Assembly: GCA_963797555.1 (NCBI GenBank)
Contig: CAWCPV010000005.1
Span: 96,001 to 160,000, forward strand
Reading direction: 5' to 3'
Length of the DNA stretch: 64,000 bases
Source: an uncultured Gammaproteobacteria bacterium
GTDB taxonomy: Bacteria; Pseudomonadota; Gammaproteobacteria; CAWCPV01
This document shows, in pieces, positions 37,802 through 47,780 of the stretch (position 1 is the stretch's first letter; each line of letters begins with the position of its first letter). The notes beneath the pieces are model-generated. The model made no database searches. It saw nothing but the letters and a program-made list of their open reading frames with translations, and had not been told where the DNA came from. Both the position numbers and the translations under genes were made by a program.

Positions 37802-37881
37802 CAGTGCTCTCCTGTCTTGGCTTCATAGCCCTGGACAGCGATAGATCATATATGTTCCGTTAATTACCAAGCACTACACTA
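36717..37881 (-). mobile_element. IS630-family element, apparently intact
   Basis: Inverted ends TAGTGTAGTGCTT / AAGCACTACACTA, with TA (CTAG context) at both ends. Confidence 0.92.
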
Positions 37882-37997
37882 GCGCCGTGTGCGCTTGCCA
37901 AGTCCCTTGCTTTAGCGCTCCTTACGATGGTAGCCTTCCCTCCATTCCAACCCTGAATGCGATTGGATTTCCTATCCTCCCGTCAAAGAGGATATAC

Positions 37998-38573
37998 GTG
38001 AGCGAGAGGCTCAGTCCGAAGTATCCCAGCGGTGCGCATCCGGTTTGGCTGGCCCTTCCGCTGGTGGTTTTCGCTCTTATCGCTGTCACCGTCGGCCTTG
38101 TGGCCGGCCGGACGGTTCGCGAGCCCTATGCAACCCCCTTCTTTCATCCCTTCTTCGCAGACATCCTGCAGATGAAGACGTGGCTGGTGACGGCAGCCCT
38201 GATGCTGGCCTGTGGTCAGTTACTGACGGCCGCACGTATCTACGAGCTGCTACGCTTTCCGCCCAAGGGGCGCTTCTATCACAGTGTCCATCGCTGGTCA
38301 GGACGGGCGGCAATCCTCCTGACGTTGCCGGTGGCCTACCACTGCATTTTCCTGCTTGGATTCGGCTCCGACAGCCCGCGCATCTTGATTCACTCGCTGC
38401 TCGGGTCGGCCCTCTACGGCGCCGTCGTCGTCAAGGTGCTCATGGTTCGATCGAGCAGGTTTGCGACCTGGGTGCTCCCCGGGGCTGGAGGTCTCCTGTT
38501 CTCGATCCTTCTGGGGCTGTGGCTGACTTCTGCGCTATTTTTTTTCCCCTTGCTCTCCCTGCTACATGAGTGA
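37998..38573 (+). CDS. DUF6529-like membrane protein (His-containing, cytochrome b-like)
   Basis: Motifs MK.WL, HRWSGR.A...TLPVAYHC, HSLLG...YG...K and W.LP.AGG. Confidence 0.65.
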   Translation: MSERLSPKYPSGAHPVWLALPLVVFALIAVTVGLVAGRTVREPYATPFFHPFFADILQMKTWLVTAALMLACGQLLTAARIYELLRFPPKGRFYHSVHRWSGRAAILLTLPVAYHCIFLLGFGSDSPRILIHSLLGSALYGAVVVKVLMVRSSRFATWVLPGAGGLLFSILLGLWLTSALFFFPLLSLLHE

Positions 38574-38900
38574 TCGGTGCCTGAGGCGGAACTGTGGATG
38601 CTTCATAGCGGGATTCTATTGGTGGCGGCAATCGTCTTGGCCGTGGCTATTCTTAGTTCTCAGGCGGTTTACGCGCCCTCGTTGGATATGCAGTTGGTCG
38701 GTTCCGCAAAGCGCAACGCAGCCACGCAAGCTTATACCTTCAAAGGAGGAGGGATCCTCGTTCGCCCCTCAGTCCTATCCGGAAGCTCTTCTGCCCAGGA
38801 TTCAAAGGTTTTTTCGTAACGGGGGAATAAATAAACTCCCGACGTCGCCCGTTTATAGCATGACATTGCTTGATGTCACATGCTGCGGAGGCTAACCGAC

Positions 38901-39884
38901 ATGACACACGATCCCCATTCCCACACTGAGGCAGTCCGCGATTCCATGGAGCTACCCGAGCTCAGCCGCCGGTCATTTCTCAAATGTTCCGCTTGGGCCG
39001 GAACCGGCGTCGTATGGGCGCTGGTGGGCGGCATTCCACGTGCGTTTGCGCTGGATGACACCACCCGCCGGCCTAGCAAGGCGCTGCTGGCCAGCGATTT
39101 TCACTTCGTTCAGATCAGCGACAGCCATATCGGCTTCAACAAGGAACCCAACCCAGACCCGCTCAAAACGCTGGGTGAGGCAATCGACAGGGTCAAGGCC
39201 CTGCCGCGCACGCCATCGCTCATACTGCACACCGGCGACATCACGCACCTGTCGAAACCGCAAGAATTCGACACCGCTGCGCACGTCCTGAAAGAATTGC
39301 CTGCACCCGTGCACTACGTGCCGGGCGAGCATGACACCCTGGATGAAGGCGGCGGCAAGCTCTACCTCGAGCGCTATGGGAAAGGCACGCAGGGCAATGG
39401 CTGGTACAGCTTCGACGATCACGGCGTCCATTTCGTCGCGTTGGTGAACGTGTTTGATTTTCGGCCGGGCCATGAGGCAACCCTAGGCGCCGCTCAATTG
39501 AAGTGGTTGTCCGATGACTTGAGGGGGGTCAGCACCAGCACGCCCATCGTGGTGTTTACGCACATTCCCCTGTGGACGATCTATGCGCCCTGGGGCTGGG
39601 GCACTGAGGATGGCGACCGCGCCCTGGCGCTGCTTCGGCGATTCGGCTCCGTGACGGTATTGCACGGCCATATCCACCAGGTGATCCAGAAGGTGGAAGG
39701 CAACATCACGTTTCATACGGCCCGTGGAACCGCCTATCCGCTACCGGCACCGGGCGCTGCGGCTGGGCTGCCTAACCCGCTAAAGGTCCCTGCGGACCAA
39801 CTGCGCAGCTATCTGGGCATCACCAACGTCAAGGCTACCCAAGGCGACCATCCCTTGGCGTTGATCGATTCCACACTTAGCTAG
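38901..39884 (+). CDS. Tat-exported calcineurin-like metallophosphoesterase
   Basis: Twin-arginine SRRSFLK and motifs DSH, GD, PGEHD, HIP and GHIH. Confidence 0.9.
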   Translation: MTHDPHSHTEAVRDSMELPELSRRSFLKCSAWAGTGVVWALVGGIPRAFALDDTTRRPSKALLASDFHFVQISDSHIGFNKEPNPDPLKTLGEAIDRVKALPRTPSLILHTGDITHLSKPQEFDTAAHVLKELPAPVHYVPGEHDTLDEGGGKLYLERYGKGTQGNGWYSFDDHGVHFVALVNVFDFRPGHEATLGAAQLKWLSDDLRGVSTSTPIVVFTHIPLWTIYAPWGWGTEDGDRALALLRRFGSVTVLHGHIHQVIQKVEGNITFHTARGTAYPLPAPGAAAGLPNPLKVPADQLRSYLGITNVKATQGDHPLALIDSTLS

Positions 39885-39900
39885 CGACACGGAGCACACC

Positions 39901-40221
39901 ATGAGACCGCTGTTAGGCGTTGTGGCGCTGAGCGTCCTGTTGGGGGCACCCGCAGCGCCGGCACAGGAGGCGAACGTCAGTATCAAGGAGTATGCCTACG
40001 GCCCTGCACAATTGACCGTTGCCGCCGGCACCAAGGTGACCTGGACGAACCACGACCAGGTGCCGCACACGGTCGTGGAAGAAGGTAAGAAATTCCGTTC
40101 CGCTGCTCTGGACACCAACGACAGTTACTCCTTTGTCCTCACGCAGCCCGGAACATACCGCTATTTCTGCTCGCTGCACCCGAAGATGGTGGGCACGATC
40201 ACGGTTGTGAAGGAGAAGTGA
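39901..40221 (+). CDS. Amicyanin/plastocyanin-like cupredoxin
   Basis: Signal peptide, PHTV and Y.CSLHPKM type-1 copper ligands. Confidence 0.92.
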   Translation: MRPLLGVVALSVLLGAPAAPAQEANVSIKEYAYGPAQLTVAAGTKVTWTNHDQVPHTVVEEGKKFRSAALDTNDSYSFVLTQPGTYRYFCSLHPKMVGTITVVKEK

Positions 40222-40792
40222 CCCGAGGCATTTCAGTGTAAGTCTGCATCGAGCGCCGGAGTTTTGGGGACAACGGAGCGCTGGTGCATGAATAGGGGCA
40301 ACGACAGACTTCTGGCGGGGAGAGAATGTACATGGAAGCGGCTAGTTCCATCGAGTCCAGGCAGTGCCCTGGCCCTGGCCACTCGTGCGTCGGGGTCTCT
40401 CAAATCGGGGGTGGAAGGTTACGCTTTCAACAACTCGGCGCATATCCTGGCCGAGCAGGGTTGTTTTGCTCAGGCGCGTTGCGCCGCCCGGGGCGGTCGC
40501 GATCGGCGGGCCCTCGAAGGCCGAAGTGCAGCGCATACTCAAGGACATCGCCCGGATGCGGCGGCGCCATAAGGGGCACAATCCTGTCGGGGCCCCAGCA
40601 AACCCCCGCCTCCCTACCCCGCAGTTTCCGAACCGCGGAGCATTCCGCCGAGGAATGCAGGGCAGGGGGGATATGGCAAGCCGAGCAGGGTTCTCCTCTT
40701 TCGTCGGAGGTCGTCGTCAGGCGAGGCTCCGATGTCATGTCCGAATCCGGCCGTTGACCGAGGCTCGGCCGAACAAGAGACCTGCGCCCGTC

Positions 40793-41905
40793 TCAACGCC
40801 CTGCCCCCATGGCCAGCGCACGACGGCGCTCCTCCCCCAGCTCGGCAGCCCGCCCTTCGGCGTCCCACTGCTGGCTTGCCTCCGGCCAACCCAGACTGTG
40901 CCGGAGGGCGAGGTCGGCCAGGAACTCGATGTGCTCGTCCCCGTCGTTCAGGGCCGGGACATACGTGTACTTCTCGCCTCCGGCGGCGAGGAACACCTCG
41001 CGGTTGAGCTGCGCGATCTCCTCCAGCGTCTCCAGGCAGTCGGCGGAAAAGCCCGGGCAGATGACGTCGACGCTGCGCACCCCACCCTGCGCCCAGTCGC
41101 GCAGCGTGTGGTCCGTGTAGGGAGTAAGCCATTCTTGCGGCCCGAACCGCGACTGGAAAGCGACGGCCCAGTCCCCGTCCTGCAGCCGCAGCTCCTCGGC
41201 CACCAGCCGCGCGGTCTTTTGGCACTGGCAGTGGTAAGGGTCGCCAGAGAGGAAGTAGCGCTTGGGGATGCCGTGGAACGAGAACAAGAGGCGCTGCGAG
41301 CGGCCGTTAGCCTCCCAGCTCGCGGTGACGGAGCGAGCGAGCGCTCGCGTGTAGCCCGGCTCATCGTGGTAGTGTGCGATGAAGCGTACGTCCGGCAGCC
41401 ATCGCCATGCCTTGAGGTGGTCCGCCAGGGCGTCGAAGGTGGACGCCGTGGTGGTCGCCGAGTACTGCGGATAGAGGGGCAGCACCAGAAGTCGCCGCGC
41501 GTTGGCGCGCCGCAACTCCTCCAGGGCCGAGCCGATGGACGGCTGCCCGTAGCGCATCCCCAGCCCAACTTGCACGGGTCCGGCAAATTTTTTCCGAAGC
41601 ACCCTCTGCAGGGCGTGCGCCTGGCGTTCGGACATGCGCGCCAACGGTGAGCCGTCCTGCTGCCAGACTTTCTCGTACAGGCGTGCCGAGCGACGCGGGC
41701 GCACACGCAGAATCACGGCGTGAAGGGCTAGCCACCAGACGGCCCGAGGGGTCTCCACCACGCGCCGGTCCGAGAGGAACTCGGCCAAGTACCGCCGCAC
41801 CGCCCGCGAGGTCGGGGCGTCGGGGGTGCCGAGGTTGGTGACCAGAACCCCGACGCAGGGTTGGGTACCGTGAGCGTAGCTCGAGTCGCCGACGAACCGG
41901 GACAT
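40793..41905 (-). CDS. hemH: Ferrochelatase
   Basis: Motifs NLGTP, YL.EFLSDRRV, PLYPQYS, FSFHGIP, FQSRFG..EWL.PYT and F.ADCLETLEEI. Confidence 0.97.
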   Translation of the reverse strand: MSRFVGDSSYAHGTQPCVGVLVTNLGTPDAPTSRAVRRYLAEFLSDRRVVETPRAVWWLALHAVILRVRPRRSARLYEKVWQQDGSPLARMSERQAHALQRVLRKKFAGPVQVGLGMRYGQPSIGSALEELRRANARRLLVLPLYPQYSATTTASTFDALADHLKAWRWLPDVRFIAHYHDEPGYTRALARSVTASWEANGRSQRLLFSFHGIPKRYFLSGDPYHCQCQKTARLVAEELRLQDGDWAVAFQSRFGPQEWLTPYTDHTLRDWAQGGVRSVDVICPGFSADCLETLEEIAQLNREVFLAAGGEKYTYVPALNDGDEHIEFLADLALRHSLGWPEASQQWDAEGRAAELGEERRRALAMGAGR

Positions 41906-42219
41906 GGCGAGATCTCGGGGTAAGGACGTTCCAGTATAGCGGTCACCGCCCGCTGCGTCAGGGGAGAGGAATCCGGGTCCAGGTCGGCCCACGACCCGTC
42001 TGAAGATAGAAGGTGCTTGGGAGGAAACCGCTGAGAAGGCTTTGAGGAAGAAGCACCCTCAAAGTGGAGGACGGACGCCCGGGAGAGACGACCCAACTGC
42101 CATTTCAGAACCTCGCGGGGACAAGAGCAATGCGTGCTGCTGTATTCCCGTTTCTAGATTCCGTTATCCGCTTGACTCCCTGTACGAGGCTCGGCTTTAG
42201 AAGGCAGCCCGGCAGCCCA

Positions 42220-42302
42220 CGCGCACACCCAGATGTCCACCCGCTCGGCTCCGGCGGCTTGGACTGCCCTGGCGAGTGCCTCCACCGTGTGACCGGTGGT
42301 CA
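42220..42302. repeat. 83-bp direct repeat of the comF 3' end (second copy 45056-45138)
   Basis: CGCGCACACCCAGATGTCCACC...GTGACC(G/A)GTGGTCA is identical in both copies except for one base. Confidence 0.92.
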
Positions 42303-42507
42303 CCGGACCGAACACACGTTAACATCCTGCCCTTCGCGCTGTCAGGCGCCCTGTACTACAGTCAAAAGAACGGGTTACAGCCGGTCAGCCCCTCGGCAGC
42401 GACTGACAGCGCGGCCGGGACTGCACTACCGGGACGTGCTGCCGGCCCCTGACAGGCGTTTTTAAGGGAGTGAACACCCGTCCAAGCGTACATGGGTAGC
42501 GGCCCTC

Positions 42508-43940
42508 TGTGCCAATAATGACTGAGACACGGGTTTCCTGGAATGTAAGTATGATTCGAGGGCGGACTGGAGGATGTCATGCCCAAGCCTGTTTCAGTTG
42601 GAAGTGGTACTGAGGTGGTAGCCAACCCTGAGCATGATCGGGGGCTGCATCGGCGCTTCTCGGCGAAAGGCGCACCTCGGCACGCGGCAAATCGGTATCT
42701 TTTCAGAATCCGCGCGTCCTCAACACCCCCACCGCTCCGACCACCGAGACGGACGCCTTTCCATATGAAAACCCAGGACTTTTCAGTCCTCCCCCAGCAA
42801 GGCATCAACGGGCGAGATCAGGGTCCTCTGAAGGTACTCAAGGATGCCAAGGACCGGCGCATCGAGGCGCTGGAGCGCGACAAGGCGATCCTCACGCGCA
42901 AGCTCCTCATCGCCGAGAAGCTCCTTGAGCTCCAAAAAAAGCCCAGGAGTTGTTGGCGGCCACCGAGAGCGAGCACGTGCCATGAGTGCGCTTCACTCGA
43001 AGCGCGTGACCCGGTGGTGCCGCTCAAGTCCGCCTGTGCGGCCCTGGGGCTTGCGCGGGCGACACTCTATCGGCACCGACCGCGGGTTACTCGGCCTGCC
43101 AGCGGTCCACGGTGTAGCCCACGGCGCCTGAGCGAGGCGCAGCGCCGGGAAGTGCTCGAGGTGCTCCACGAGGAGCGCTTCATCGACCAGCCCCCGGCTG
43201 AGGTCTACGCCAAGCTTCTGGACGAGGGGCGGTATCTGTGTTCTGTTCGCACCATGCATCGGCTGTTGGCCGAATCCGCAGAGTCGGGCGAGCGGCGCGC
43301 CATGCGCCCCAAAACTCACCATCCCGTGCCGCGCTTGGAGGCAAGCGCCCCCAACCAGGTCTGGACCTGGGACATCACCAAGCTCGCCACCCTGAGCCGA
43401 GGGGTGTTCCTGAATCTCTACGTGGTGCTCGACCTCTACAGCCGCTTCGTGGTGGCTTGGATGCTGGCGGCCCGCGAGAACAGTGCACTCGCCAAACAAC
43501 TGCTGGCAGAAGCCATCCATCGCCATGGCATCGAGCCACGCAGCCTGCGGGTCCACCAGGACCGCGGTGCCCCCATGACCGCACGGGGCTTTCTCGACCT
43601 CCTGGCGGAGCTGAAGGTGGAGCCCTCTCACTCCCGCCCCAGGGTGAGTAACGACAATCCCTTCTCCGAGTCTCAGTTCAAGACCCTCAAGTACCAGCCG
43701 GACTTTCCCGGTCGCTTCCGAGGTCTCGAGCAGGGGCGGGCTTGGTGCACCGAGTTCTTCGACTGGTACAACCACCACCATCAGCATTCGGGGCTCGCCT
43801 TGTTCACGCCCGCCAATTTGTTCTGCGGGCGTGTCGAAGCACTCCTTGCCACACGCCAGGTGGCGCTCGATGCAGCGTACGCAGCACATCCCGAGCGCTT
43901 CGTGCGCGGACGGCCCGTCGCTGCCCGGCCCCCCAAGGTG
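42508..43940 (+). mobile_element. IS3-family element (degenerate orfA, orfB integrase core)
   Basis: A7G slippery site at 42934-42941 and motifs PNQVWTWDITKL, LDLYSR.VV.W, HQDRG and SNDNP.SE..FKT.KY. Confidence 0.85.
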
Positions 43941-44171
43941 GTCGTGCCTTACCGAGTCTTCGATGAGCGCCGCGACGGGCCCGCTGACCGCAGCGCCGAT
44001 GACAAGACGCTCAACGAACGGGTCGACCAAGCCATTGTCCGCCTCGCCCCGGAAAGCCCCCGCAGATCACCCTTCCGGCGACCCTTGCGCTCCCACCCCA
44101 GACCAACCGCCACCCGCAAGAACAGCCCCTAACTCTCGCCTCAAGGGGACATTTTCTACTTTGGGTTGACG
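43941..44171 (+). mobile_element. IS1202/ISNCY-type C-terminal fragment and right end
   Basis: PYRVF...ADDKTLN.RVD. The end GGGGACATTTTCTACTTTGGGTTGAC is the inverted form of the 25936 left-end motif. Confidence 0.65.
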
Positions 44172-44334
44172 GGTCGGTCGCCAAAAAAAAGCGCGGCTGC
44201 TAGCCGCGCTGAAAACCACCAAAGGAGGATGGAGGAGCCTAAAGACTTTGCTGAACATCACAGCAAATCAGTACGTCAATATTGTCTAATATTAAAATCT
44301 TGCTGTCAAGGGGTGTGTTGCGAGCTAAATAAAT

Positions 44335-45010
44335 TGTCCAGGGTTGTAGCACGTGATCTGTCCGGTTACATGGTCTGCCCGGAGGTGGGCCATGAGACCG
44401 ACAGAACTGCTACAGGAGATCCGGACGATGAGGTTCGAGGAAACGTATGGAAGGTTGGCGGCAGGGGCGGCTGAGGCAAGAGGAGGCAGCCAGGCTCCTG
44501 GGAGGGGTGTGAGCGGACGTTTCGCCGTTACATCGACCGTTATGAGGACGAGGGCCTGGACGGACTCATCGACAAGCGGCTGTCGCAAATCTCCCATCGT
44601 CGGGCGCCGGTCGATGAGGTGCTGAGGCTGACGGAGCGCTATGCCAGGCGGCATCTGGGCTGGAACGTCAAGCACTTTTACAGCTGGTACCGGCGTGAGG
44701 GCGGTGGGCGCAGCTACACCCTGCAGGCGTCGGGGCTAGTGAAGAAGGCGAGCAGGCGGGGTACCCACCGCAAACGAAGGGACCGTGCACCCTTGCCTGG
44801 CATGATGCTGCACCAGTATGCCAGCCGTCATGAGTGGGTGGCAGGGCGATCTGGTGGTCACCATGGATGATGCGACGCATGAGCACTACGGCATGTTCTT
44901 CGTAGAGGAAGAGGGCACGGCCTCGAGCTTCCGAGGGGTGCAAGAGGTGATCGAGCTGCGCGGGCTATTCAGCTCGCTCTACACCGATCGGGGTAGCCAC
45001 GACTGGCATG
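44335..45010 (+). mobile_element. ISNCY/IS481-like transposase pseudogene with left end
   Basis: MR.TELLQEIR.MRFE, RTFRRY..RYE.EG..GL.DKR, PG.MLHQ.AS.H.W, MDDAT and SLYTDRGSH appear across several frameshifts. Confidence 0.8.
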
Positions 45011-45031
45011 CAGTGCACAGGCATCACGCAC

Positions 45032-45777
45032 TCAAAAGGCACGTCCCGTGGCCCGCGCGCACACCCAGATGTCCACCCGCTCGGCTCCGGCGGCTTGGAC
45101 TGCCCTGGCGAGTGCCTCCACCGTGTGACCAGTGGTCATGACATCGTCTACGATGGCCACGTGGCGCTCGAGGGGTTTGTCCGCCCGAAACGCACCGCGC
45201 ACGTTACGGCGCCGCAGATTGGCTGGGATGGAGGATTGCGCCGCCGTGGGCCTGACTCGACTGCAGGAGTCGAGATCGATGGGGATGCCGAGCCGGTGAG
45301 CGATGGGACGTGCGAGACTCCACGGCCTGGTTGAAGCCTCGTGCGCGCAGGCGCGTGGAGTGCAGCGGGACCGGGATAAGGCGTTGCGGCCATGGGCCTC
45401 CCTCTGACGCGAGGGCGGTCGCCATGAGAATCTCCCAAGGCCCGGGCCATGACCAGTCTCCCGTGGAACTTGAGTGCCGTGATCATGTGGTCCACGGGCC
45501 AGCCGTAGCGGAAGGCGGCCACCGTGTGCCGATAGGGCGGCGGGCGCTGCTGACAGTGCCCGCACACCGCAGACACCTGCAAGGGTGCGGCGCAGACGGT
45601 ACACCCTGCGGCGGGGCGTGGCAGCTCCGCGAGGCAACCGGCGCACAAATCCAGGCCCGGGAGTCCGCGGTCTCCGCAGAGCAGGCAGATGGCAGGCAAC
45701 AGGCGTTCGCGCAGGTGGCCTGCCAAGGAGCGGGCGGACCTCCGTGCGATTGACAGGCCGCGGCGAGCGCTTATCAT
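45032..45777 (-). CDS. comF: ComF family amidophosphoribosyltransferase-like protein (frameshifted in this sequence)
   Basis: Zinc-ribbon C..C motifs, PVPLH..RL..RGFNQA and VDDVMTTG.T. Divergent from the bio operon. Confidence 0.88.
45750..45777 (+). promoter_or_regulatory. Putative sigma70 promoter for bioFHCD
   Basis: TTGACA-16 bp-TATCAT upstream of bioF. Confidence 0.5.
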
Positions 45778-45864
45778 GAACACCGCGCTAGCATACCTCC
45801 TATGCAGGCTCTCCGGGCACGCCATAGCGCGGGCCCGAGCACCCGACTTGCCGACCCCTGCGAC

Positions 45865-47019
45865 GTGAGCGACACGTTCGACTTGGTCCCGGACCTCGCG
45901 CGGCTGCGCACGCAGCATCTGTACCGCACCCGCCTGATCCTGGAGGGGCCACAGGCTACCGAGGCGGTCGTGGGGGGTGCGAGTTATACGTCCTTCTGCA
46001 GCAACGACTATCTGGGGCTCGCCAACCATCCGGAAGTGCGGGAGGCTCTGAAGCGGGGGGTGGACGACTACGGGGTGGGCAGCGGGGCGTCCCACCTCAT
46101 CATCGGCCATAGCCGGGCGCACCACGCACTGGAGGAGGAGCTGGCTCATTTCACCGGGCGGCCCCGGGCGCTGCTCTTCTCGACGGGCTACATGGCTAAT
46201 TTGGGGGTCATCGCTGCCCTCCTGGGCCGGCGTGACCTAGTGGCGCAGGATCGGCTGAGCCACGCTTCGCTCATCGACGGAGCGCGGCTATCGGGTGCCC
46301 GGTTCAGGCGCTACGTTCATTGCGACGTTGCGGGGCTGGAACGATGCCTGGAGGGCGAAAGCGCGCCCCGCAAACTGGCAGTCAGCGACGGGGTATTCAG
46401 CATGGACGGCGACATAGCCCCGGTCTCCGAACTGGCAGAGGCGGCGGCGCGACAGGGCGCCTGGCTGATGATCGACGATGCCCACGGCCTGGGCGTTCTC
46501 GGTCCGTCCGGGAAGGGCACGCTCGATCACTACCGATGCGATTGGAAGCAGGTGCCCGTGCTGATGGCCACCCTGGGCAAGGCTTTGGGCACCTTCGGAG
46601 CGTTTGTGGCGGGCGAAGAGGCTCTCATCGACACCCTGATCCAGGGCGCGCGCAGTTACATCTACACGACGGCGCTGCCGCCGGCCCTGGCCGAGGCGAC
46701 GCGGGCGAGCCTGAAGGTGGTGCAGCGGGAGCCGTGGCGGCGCGAGTGGCTCATGCAGCTTGTGCAGCGCTTCCGGCGCGGCGCGGCGCAGTTGAGCCTG
46801 CCCCTGTTGCCGTCCGCCACACCCATCCAGCCGCTGGCGGTGCCCGATTCAGGCACGGCGCTCAGGTGGGCCGAGACGTTGCGGGGCGCCGGCATCCTGG
46901 TGCAGGCGATCCGCCCCCCGACCGTCCCCCGCGGGGCGCGGCTGCGCATCGCCTTCTCCGCCGCCCATACCGAGGAGCACGTGGACCGGCTTCTGGATGC
47001 CTTGGAAGGAGTATCGTGA
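45865..47019 (+). CDS. bioF: 8-amino-7-oxononanoate synthase
   Basis: Motifs FCSNDYLGL, GSGASHL, HASLIDG, FSMDGD, DDAHG, TLGKA and AIRPPTVP. Confidence 0.96.
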   Translation: MSDTFDLVPDLARLRTQHLYRTRLILEGPQATEAVVGGASYTSFCSNDYLGLANHPEVREALKRGVDDYGVGSGASHLIIGHSRAHHALEEELAHFTGRPRALLFSTGYMANLGVIAALLGRRDLVAQDRLSHASLIDGARLSGARFRRYVHCDVAGLERCLEGESAPRKLAVSDGVFSMDGDIAPVSELAEAAARQGAWLMIDDAHGLGVLGPSGKGTLDHYRCDWKQVPVLMATLGKALGTFGAFVAGEEALIDTLIQGARSYIYTTALPPALAEATRASLKVVQREPWRREWLMQLVQRFRRGAAQLSLPLLPSATPIQPLAVPDSGTALRWAETLRGAGILVQAIRPPTVPRGARLRIAFSAAHTEEHVDRLLDALEGVS

Positions 47020-47780
47020 CGCTGCACGTCGAGGTCGCGGGGAAAGGCTCTCCGCTGGTCCTGGTGCATGGCTGGGGTTTCGCCTCCAGCGTTTGGGAGG
47101 AGACGACGGCAGCGCTCGCCGAACGCTTTGAGGTCAGCCGGGTCGACCTGCCGGGTTTCGGCCGCAGTGCCCAGACGGCGGCTCCGAGCACCTTGCAGGA
47201 TCTCGCAGCGGAGCTGGCGCTGGCCGTGCCGCAGCCGGCCGCTTGGCTGGGATGGTCACTCGGGGGAATGGCGTGTATCCGGCTCGCCGCCGACTGGCCG
47301 GGCCAAGTAGACAGGCTGATCGTGGTCGCTGCCAGCGCGCGCTTCACGCGAGAGGCGGCCTGGCCGGGCGTCGATGCGGCGGTATTGGAGTCCTTTGCTC
47401 GGGATCTAGAACGGGACTACCGGGCGACCTTGCTGCGCTTCGTGTCCTTGCAGGTCCGGGGCAGCGAGCGGGCGTTGCAGGTGCAGCGCTGGCTGCGGCG
47501 GCACCTGAGCGTCCCCGGACCGGTGCCGGTGCGCGCCGTGCGTGCCGGGCTGCAGATCCTGCTGGAGGCTGACCTGCGGCCGTTGCTGAGAAGGGTGCGG
47601 TGCCCGACGCTGCTGGTTTTCGGGGATCGCGATCCGCTGGTACCCGCAGCCGCTGCACTAGCGATGAGAGAGATGCTTCCCGGTTCTACTTTAGAGCTGA
47701 TCCGCGGCGCCGGTCACGCGCCCTTCCTGTCGCACCCGCAGCGCTTCGTCGATGCCGTCCGGTGTTTTCTGGATGTCTGA
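47016..47780 (+). CDS. bioH: Pimeloyl-ACP methyl ester esterase
   Basis: Motifs LVHGWG, DLPG.G, GWSLGG, G..D.LVP and GHAPF.SHP. GTGA overlap with bioF. Confidence 0.93.
   Translation: MTLHVEVAGKGSPLVLVHGWGFASSVWEETTAALAERFEVSRVDLPGFGRSAQTAAPSTLQDLAAELALAVPQPAAWLGWSLGGMACIRLAADWPGQVDRLIVVAASARFTREAAWPGVDAAVLESFARDLERDYRATLLRFVSLQVRGSERALQVQRWLRRHLSVPGPVPVRAVRAGLQILLEADLRPLLRRVRCPTLLVFGDRDPLVPAAAALAMREMLPGSTLELIRGAGHAPFLSHPQRFVDAVRCFLDV

Noticed and set aside
40400-40570. TPR-like fragment (AFNN.AHILAEQGC..QA)
   Set aside because: Too short and frameshifted to assign.
42579-44132. Single 517-aa transposase ORF
   Set aside because: It is a chimeric read-through of degenerate IS3 orfA, IS3 orfB and an ISNCY C-terminal fragment.
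44280-44335. dif/Xer site next to the ISNCY left end
   Set aside because: AT-rich, but no recognisable XerC/XerD arms such as TTATGTTAAAT.
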